40,945 nt of DNA, from assembly GCA_050115555.1 (NCBI GenBank), contig JASFQI010000003.1, forward strand, positions 1 to 40,945. Reading direction: 5' to 3'. Position numbers and translations under genes: made by a program. Below, piece by piece: positions 35,447-40,945 of this stretch (its first letter is position 1; each line of letters starts with the position of its first letter). Under the pieces are notes generated by a model. The model made no database searches. It saw only the letters and a program-made list of their open reading frames with translations, and was not told the origin of the DNA. The DNA comes from Desulfobacteraceae bacterium (GTDB lineage Bacteria; Desulfobacterota; DSM-4660; Desulfatiglandales; HGW-15).

Positions 35447-36925
35447 TCACTTCACAAACTCCAGCCTGTGCTCTTCGGGCGACAGCCCGGTTTCCGGGTG
35501 CAGCAGGATCTTCACATTGTAGCGCGTTTCGAGATCGAGCAGCTCTTTTCGCTTTCGGTTCTGAAGGTAGGAAGCCACCTCCACGGCCAGACGGCCGTTC
35601 ACCTGGCTGATGTCGCCCTTGGAAAGCCCGACCCAGATCCGTCGCATGACCGAGACTGCCGCCGACTCGACGGACATGACCATGCCCCTCCCCTGACAAA
35701 AGGGACAGGTCTGATACGTTTTCGACTCCAGGGATGGACGCAAACGCTGTCGGGAGAGTTCCATGAGTCCGAACTTGGAAAGAGGGACGGTATCGGTTTT
35801 TGCACGGTCCTTCTTCATCTCCTCCCGCAGGGTCTTTTCCACCTCCCGGTTGTGTTTCCTGTCCTTCATGTCAATGAAGTCGATGACCACCAGTCCGCCG
35901 ATATCTCGCAACCTGAGCTGCCGGGCGGTCTCCCTGGCCGCCTCCATGTTGGTCTGGAAAGCCATGCTTTCCACATCCTTGCCCACCTTGCCTTTTCCGG
36001 AGTTTACGTCAATGGAAATGAGGGCTTCGGTGGGGTCGATGACGATGCTACCGCCGGACTTGAGGTTCACGCGATTTCGATAGATGCTCTCGATCTGATC
36101 CTCGATCTCGTACCTGTCGAAAATGGGAACCTTGTGCTTGTGAAGGGTGACCCGCTTCTGATGCATGGGGGAGATGATCTTCATATAGTTTTTGATCTTG
36201 GTGTATGTCTCCCGATCATCCACCAGGATCTCGGACACATCGCTCGTGAAATAGTCCCTAAGAGTCCGCAGGCAGAGATCCTGTTCCTTGTGAATCAAAG
36301 ACAGTGAGGGGGCTTCGATCACCCTCTTCTTGATTTCCCGCCACATGCGGAGCAAGCGATTGAGGTCCTTGGAGAGCTCCCGCTTGTTTTGCCCGGCCGC
36401 CACGGTCCGAACGATGTAGCCGATCTCCTCGGGCAGGGTCATTTGACTCATGATCGACTTCAGGCGCTGACGTTCCTCCTCGTCTTCGATCTTCCTCGAG
36501 ACCCCGTTGATGATTCGGCCGGGAGTCAACACGAGGTACCGGCCGGCAAAGGAGATGTAGGTCGTGAGATGTGCGCCCTTCGTCCCGGGCATTTCCTTGG
36601 TCACCTGAACCAGAAGCTCCTGTCCTTTTTTTAGGGCCTTCTCGATAGAGGGGCTCCCTTTTCCATTCGCCTCGTCAGGCAGGGCGAGGAAGTACTCCGG
36701 GTGGATATCCCCGATGGGAAGAAATCCGTTTTTTTCGACACCGAAGTTCACGAAACACGCCTGCAGGCTGGGTTCCGCACGTTCGACAACACCCTTGTAA
36801 ACGTTGCCCACGCGCTGTTCCGCCATCGTTGTCTCAATATGGAATCCGTCCAGCATCCCATCCTTTGTAAACGCAACCCGGAACTCTTCCGGGTCCACTG
36901 CATTGATCAACATCTTTGTCGTCAT
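35447..36925 (-). CDS. Ribonuclease E/G family (catalytic domain only)
   Basis: S1 domain GNVYKG..V..SLQACFV, VQVTKE, catalytic IDVNSG and VIDFIDM, ELSRQR, Zn-link CPFC. Start refined to 36925. Confidence 0.93.
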   Translation of the reverse strand: MTTKMLINAVDPEEFRVAFTKDGMLDGFHIETTMAEQRVGNVYKGVVERAEPSLQACFVNFGVEKNGFLPIGDIHPEYFLALPDEANGKGSPSIEKALKKGQELLVQVTKEMPGTKGAHLTTYISFAGRYLVLTPGRIINGVSRKIEDEEERQRLKSIMSQMTLPEEIGYIVRTVAAGQNKRELSKDLNRLLRMWREIKKRVIEAPSLSLIHKEQDLCLRTLRDYFTSDVSEILVDDRETYTKIKNYMKIISPMHQKRVTLHKHKVPIFDRYEIEDQIESIYRNRVNLKSGGSIVIDPTEALISIDVNSGKGKVGKDVESMAFQTNMEAARETARQLRLRDIGGLVVIDFIDMKDRKHNREVEKTLREEMKKDRAKTDTVPLSKFGLMELSRQRLRPSLESKTYQTCPFCQGRGMVMSVESAAVSVMRRIWVGLSKGDISQVNGRLAVEVASYLQNRKRKELLDLETRYNVKILLHPETGLSPEEHRLEFVK

Positions 36926-37038
36926 ACGATACCTTGTCTGCGGCTGTGAAAACACACTGCACAGGCCGCTCTATCCCAAAAGCCCGACGCCTCGTTGGAG
37001 GCTTCCTTTCGAATTCGGAGCGAGCTCGCCGGATCGGT

Positions 37039-38406
37039 TCATTCGCTTTCCCCGCCCTTGCCCGGGTTGTTCCTCTTCTTGTGCTGGTGCGCCTGGTACA
37101 TAAAGGTCCGGACGGCGGCCTCACGGCCGGGCTGATAGGTTCCGTCGCACGGTGTATCCAGGTAGGGAAGCCTGTGACGGCTCACAATGGGCTTGATCAC
37201 AGCGGAGGTGATCGTGCTCGGCATGCAGGTAAAGGGGTACACGTTGACCACCCCGTTGTATCCCTCGCGCATGTACTCGAGGATGCCCGCGATACTCAGG
37301 CACGCTTCCGTACCCACCTCGAACGAAAACACGTCCCCTTGAAGTAAAACGTCTTCCAGCCTTCCGATTCGGTGGTCTTCGGGAAGATCGAGAAGGGGTT
37401 CCAGCCGCTTGTAAAGACGCTTCTGGCTCATTTGCTGGTATAGGAGCTCCCCACCGTAGGAAAAAATCTTTGAAGCGTACTCGCGAATTTTCTTGTACCT
37501 CAACAGCCTCAGATTCCTGGACAGCCCGATGCGAGCCTCGCGCAATCGATCGTACGCAGTGTAATTCACCCACTCCGCGATAGACGCATTGACCACCTCG
37601 GCCCCGTACTTCTCGAGCATGCGAATCACATCCTGGTTGGCCCGGTTGTGGGTCCTCAGATATATCTCTCCCACGATACCGATCAGGGGTTTCCGGGGAA
37701 TCGCCGGATCCATGAGGGACTTTCCTTCCTGCACCAGGGACTCCAGCTGGTCCAGAATCGCGTCAAATCCCTTGGCGGCGGCATGGCGCTCAAACGCCTG
37801 GGACAGGCTCGTGGTGGCCCGTTCAATAAAATCATCTGCGCTTCCCTTCTCCCGCTCGTAAGGTCGAATGCGCCAGAGAAGTCGATCCAAAATATCGGCC
37901 GCCACAACGGAAACATAGGCCGCCTTTCGAAAATCCGTGGTTCGTTCCGGATCGAGCATACCGGCCGGAGAGTAAGCGTTGTCCGAGGTCAACGATCCGA
38001 TCTTGAGCTTGCGCAGGCCCGAAAAGGAGTCGAGAACGATGCGCTGAAACTTGTTGTACATCCCGAATCGGCAAGGACCTCCAGCCTCGGGCATAAAGTA
38101 GATATAGTCTTCCGGATTGAACTGATCACCGAGTCTCTCCTGCTCCTCCTGCAGGAAAAGAAGAATGTCTCCCGTGGTCACCTGACACGGAAAGCACTCC
38201 TTGCCCGACGTGAACTCCCTTCCCAGGTCCAGGCCACGGTACGTATCCATGACCTTGGCCCGAATCCCGAACCCTCGAAAAGTCCCTGCAAGGAGATGGC
38301 ACCCGATGCGGTTCATCTGCGGAATCAGAAATGTCTTATCTCTGGCGTCGAAAGTCCCCACGGTTTGGGAGAGGCTTTCAAAGGTATGCTCGCTCTGCGT
38401 CTCCAT
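37039..38406 (-). CDS. Acyl-CoA dehydratase activase-associated protein (2-hydroxyacyl-CoA dehydratase-like subunit)
   Basis: SGKECFPC, GPCRFGMY, VGEIYLR, PFTCMP. Starts 7 nt after the activase stop. Confidence 0.82.
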   Translation of the reverse strand: METQSEHTFESLSQTVGTFDARDKTFLIPQMNRIGCHLLAGTFRGFGIRAKVMDTYRGLDLGREFTSGKECFPCQVTTGDILLFLQEEQERLGDQFNPEDYIYFMPEAGGPCRFGMYNKFQRIVLDSFSGLRKLKIGSLTSDNAYSPAGMLDPERTTDFRKAAYVSVVAADILDRLLWRIRPYEREKGSADDFIERATTSLSQAFERHAAAKGFDAILDQLESLVQEGKSLMDPAIPRKPLIGIVGEIYLRTHNRANQDVIRMLEKYGAEVVNASIAEWVNYTAYDRLREARIGLSRNLRLLRYKKIREYASKIFSYGGELLYQQMSQKRLYKRLEPLLDLPEDHRIGRLEDVLLQGDVFSFEVGTEACLSIAGILEYMREGYNGVVNVYPFTCMPSTITSAVIKPIVSRHRLPYLDTPCDGTYQPGREAAVRTFMYQAHQHKKRNNPGKGGESE

Positions 38407-38413
38407 GTCTCCC

Positions 38414-40945
38414 TCAGTTGGACACCTTCAAGTTGGGTGAAAGGCACCGATTCAGCGCATCCATGGCATTCTCGATCACGTTCTTGTAGGCCTCGAGGCG
38501 GGTCATCATGCCTGCCACGGCACTGTGCTCGTCGAGCTCCAGAATGAGGTAAGGCTTGTTTCCCATGATATGCTTGTAAAAGTGCTCCACGAAAGAGTCC
38601 GCCCCGCAGCTGAAGTTTGTGATGTGAAGCCCGAACATGTCGGGGTGCTGTCGAATGAACTTGGCCGTCCTGAGGATGGCCGCCCCTAGACCCCAGTACA
38701 TGGACGGAAAGTCTGAAAGATCGACGGCCTCCAGATCCAGAAAATCCATAGGCAGCGCGGACACCCCGATCTTGCTCAGGTTCTGCCCGAGCCTGAGGTT
38801 GAGGCGTTCATCATAGAGGTTGTACGGTCTTCCCGAGACCACGACGAGCGGCTCGGTCGGGTTGTGACGTTCTAGTCGTTCCCGCCCCGCCCGATGCATC
38901 TCCTGCATGAACGCCTCGGTCCCTTCGAGTCCGGCCTCCAGCGCGGTCCGAATCTCGGAACGGCTGCGTTTCAACGCCTTTCCGAGTTGGCTGTGGAGTT
39001 CCAGGGCCAGCATCCCGGGATCGTTTTTCAAGTGGACGATCGCATGCCAGGTTTTTTGGGTATCCAGGTCGAGTGCCATCTGAAGCATGTAGCGGTTGCT
39101 CTGCACCAAAGGGCAGAAGAACCCCCGCTCCCCCGGGTTCGGAGTAGGCATATCCACGATCGTGGGCAGGAAAAGGTATTCGGTTCGCCCGATAAGTGAC
39201 TCGACATGCCCGTGGGAAACCTTGATAGGATAACAGGTCTCGGCCATGACACTTTCAATGCCCTTACTCGAAATCGGTCCGGTCGTGGGCGGGGTCAGCA
39301 CCAGGCGGTATCCGAGACGATCGAAAAACCGGGCCCAAAGAATGCCGGTCTGGAACAGGTACAAGCCTCGCTGCATCCCCACCGTGGGTCGTCCGTCCAC
39401 GTTTCGAAGGACCGTATCCGTGTCGAGCGGTCTATAGAGACCCTCCATGTGGTGTTCCCAGATTTCATCCCGAAGGCGGAAGGCGTTTTCCGTCCTTTCT
39501 CCAGCCGTACGGCCCACTTCATATCGCCCGCACTCCCCGCCCCAAATGGCCTTTCGTCCGTCGAAGTCATAGACCTTGAGCTTGCACTGGTTGTGGCAGT
39601 TTGGGTCTGCGTGACAAACGATTTCCCGATGCTCCATCCGGTCGGAGATCGAACTCTCGAGACCGCGAAAGCGACTCTCAGCGGCTTTCTCGGCATGCAT
39701 TTTTTCCTGGACGCTGATGGCGGCACCGAACGCCCCCAGCACCTCCCTGTGCCGGGGAACAGTCACGCCACGTCCCAGGACGTTTTCGAACGCGCTTACA
39801 ACGCCCTTGTTCAGGGAAGGTCCCCCCAGAAACATGACCCGACGACCGATCTGCCGTTTTCCCACAACGCGGTTCAGGTAGTTGTGGACCACAGCATAGC
39901 AGAGTCCTGCGATGAGATCCGTGGTCTCGATGCCTTTCTGATGGTAGGAAACCAGGTCCGATTCCATGAACACAGTGCAGCGCTCGGCCAGTTTCACCGG
40001 GCTTTTTGAAGAAAGCGCAATGTCCTGAAACTCGCCTACGATGTTGATGCCGTACTTGTTTGCGAGCTCGTGGAGGAAGCTCCCGGTTCCGGCGGCACAG
40101 ACCTTGTTCATGTCAAAGTCCAGGGGATATCCGTTGGCGAGGGAGATGTACTTGGAATCCTGCCCCCCGATCTCGAAAATCGTGTCCACATCCGGGTCCA
40201 TCTCCACAGCGCCGCGTGCGTGTGCCGTAATCTCATCGATGATGAGATCCGCGTTGAGAAAAGTGCCCACAACATTTCGACCGGATCCGGTCGTGGCCAC
40301 CCCGCAAATGCGCACGCGATCCGACACCTCGTCTCGAACGGTTTGAAGGAGCTCCTGGGTCACCTCGATGGGCTTGCCCCTCGTGTGAACGTAGCTCTTA
40401 TGAATAATGTTCCGCTCCTCATCGATCACGGCGTACTTCGTTGTGGTGGATCCGATGTCGATTCCAAGGTATACCGGTGTCCCCGGTTCGAGAGGACGGC
40501 GATCCACGTCATTGTCCTCGGGAAAAACGGTCTCTTTCAGCCGAAGCGGCGCTGCCAGAGGCAGCTCGGCCGCCTCTCCGGCAATGGATCGATAGGCGTT
40601 CGCCGGGAAACGATTTTGAACGCCCTGATTCAAGGCCTGCAGTGCAACCCCCAAAGCCCCGAGGGACGTGTTGTAGGGCGGTACGATGAGGTTTGGAAAA
40701 TAGCTTCGAAAGGCTCGAACCTGAAGCTCGTTCATGGACAGGCCGCCCACGAAAAGAATGGGCTCCTTCAGGGTACGACTGGAAACGATAGTACTCATGT
40801 AGTTCCGGGCGTTGCCCACGTGGAGACCGTAGATGATGTCTTCCAGCGTTTCTCCCTTGTTCTGCAGGTGAATCATGTCCGATTTCGTGAACACCGTGCA
40901 GCGACAGGCCACATTGGCTGGACGCTCGCTCTGGAGGCCCAGCTG
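38414..40945 (-). CDS. Acyl-CoA dehydratase activase (BcrAD/BadFG-type ASKHA ATPase domains + DUF2229-like), 5' end outside the window
   Basis: CTVF twice, GIDIGSTTTK, EITAHARGA, IGGQDSK, MNKVCAAGTGSF, CYPIKVSHGH, FSCGAD, LDEHS. Confidence 0.88.
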   Translation of the reverse strand, partial: QLGLQSERPANVACRCTVFTKSDMIHLQNKGETLEDIIYGLHVGNARNYMSTIVSSRTLKEPILFVGGLSMNELQVRAFRSYFPNLIVPPYNTSLGALGVALQALNQGVQNRFPANAYRSIAGEAAELPLAAPLRLKETVFPEDNDVDRRPLEPGTPVYLGIDIGSTTTKYAVIDEERNIIHKSYVHTRGKPIEVTQELLQTVRDEVSDRVRICGVATTGSGRNVVGTFLNADLIIDEITAHARGAVEMDPDVDTIFEIGGQDSKYISLANGYPLDFDMNKVCAAGTGSFLHELANKYGINIVGEFQDIALSSKSPVKLAERCTVFMESDLVSYHQKGIETTDLIAGLCYAVVHNYLNRVVGKRQIGRRVMFLGGPSLNKGVVSAFENVLGRGVTVPRHREVLGAFGAAISVQEKMHAEKAAESRFRGLESSISDRMEHREIVCHADPNCHNQCKLKVYDFDGRKAIWGGECGRYEVGRTAGERTENAFRLRDEIWEHHMEGLYRPLDTDTVLRNVDGRPTVGMQRGLYLFQTGILWARFFDRLGYRLVLTPPTTGPISSKGIESVMAETCYPIKVSHGHVESLIGRTEYLFLPTIVDMPTPNPGERGFFCPLVQSNRYMLQMALDLDTQKTWHAIVHLKNDPGMLALELHSQLGKALKRSRSEIRTALEAGLEGTEAFMQEMHRAGRERLERHNPTEPLVVVSGRPYNLYDERLNLRLGQNLSKIGVSALPMDFLDLEAVDLSDFPSMYWGLGAAILRTAKFIRQHPDMFGLHITNFSCGADSFVEHFYKHIMGNKPYLILELDEHSAVAGMMTRLEAYKNVIENAMDALNRCLSPNLKVSN

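Noticed and set aside
8404-36925. Dedicated RNA-processing supercluster (rnj, rtcB, rnhA, rne/rng)
   Set aside because: The genes are scattered over 28 kb in separate transcription units among unrelated genes, so this is likely coincidence.

Overview
A GC-rich bacterial chromosomal window. Gene content and style suggest a Desulfobacterota/deltaproteobacterial anaerobe (inference). It is mostly core and metabolic genes: partial uvrA, sucC-sucD, tatA, ssb, RNase J-ftsK-lolA, a CoxD/CoxE (MoxR AAA+/VWA) pair, archease-rtcB plus a stand-alone GlmU-like nucleotidyltransferase, a CheD-HDOD fusion with a consensus sigma54 promoter, a lipid kinase, a K+ channel, hpt, a PaaI thioesterase, a PAS-PAS-GAF histidine kinase, rex, rnhA, tRNA-Phe(GAA), a GNAT, a USP, RNase E/G and a two-gene acyl-CoA dehydratase-activase system. 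I saw no integrase, transposase, CRISPR array or rRNA. The main signals missed by the ORF track are: (1) a probable selenoprotein at 30503-31204, which the track splits at an in-frame TGA in a U-G-C motif followed by a SECIS-like hairpin; (2) a speculative CxxC...CxxU micro-ORF converging on rnhA; (3) a dispersed REP/MITE-like intergenic repeat family at about 7 loci, often as inverted pairs; (4) a ~740-bp non-coding region at 13.2-13.9 kb built from TCGTG-unit repeats; (5) a five-Cys insertion in the kinase ATPase domain. Product calls come from motif recognition by eye, not database searches.
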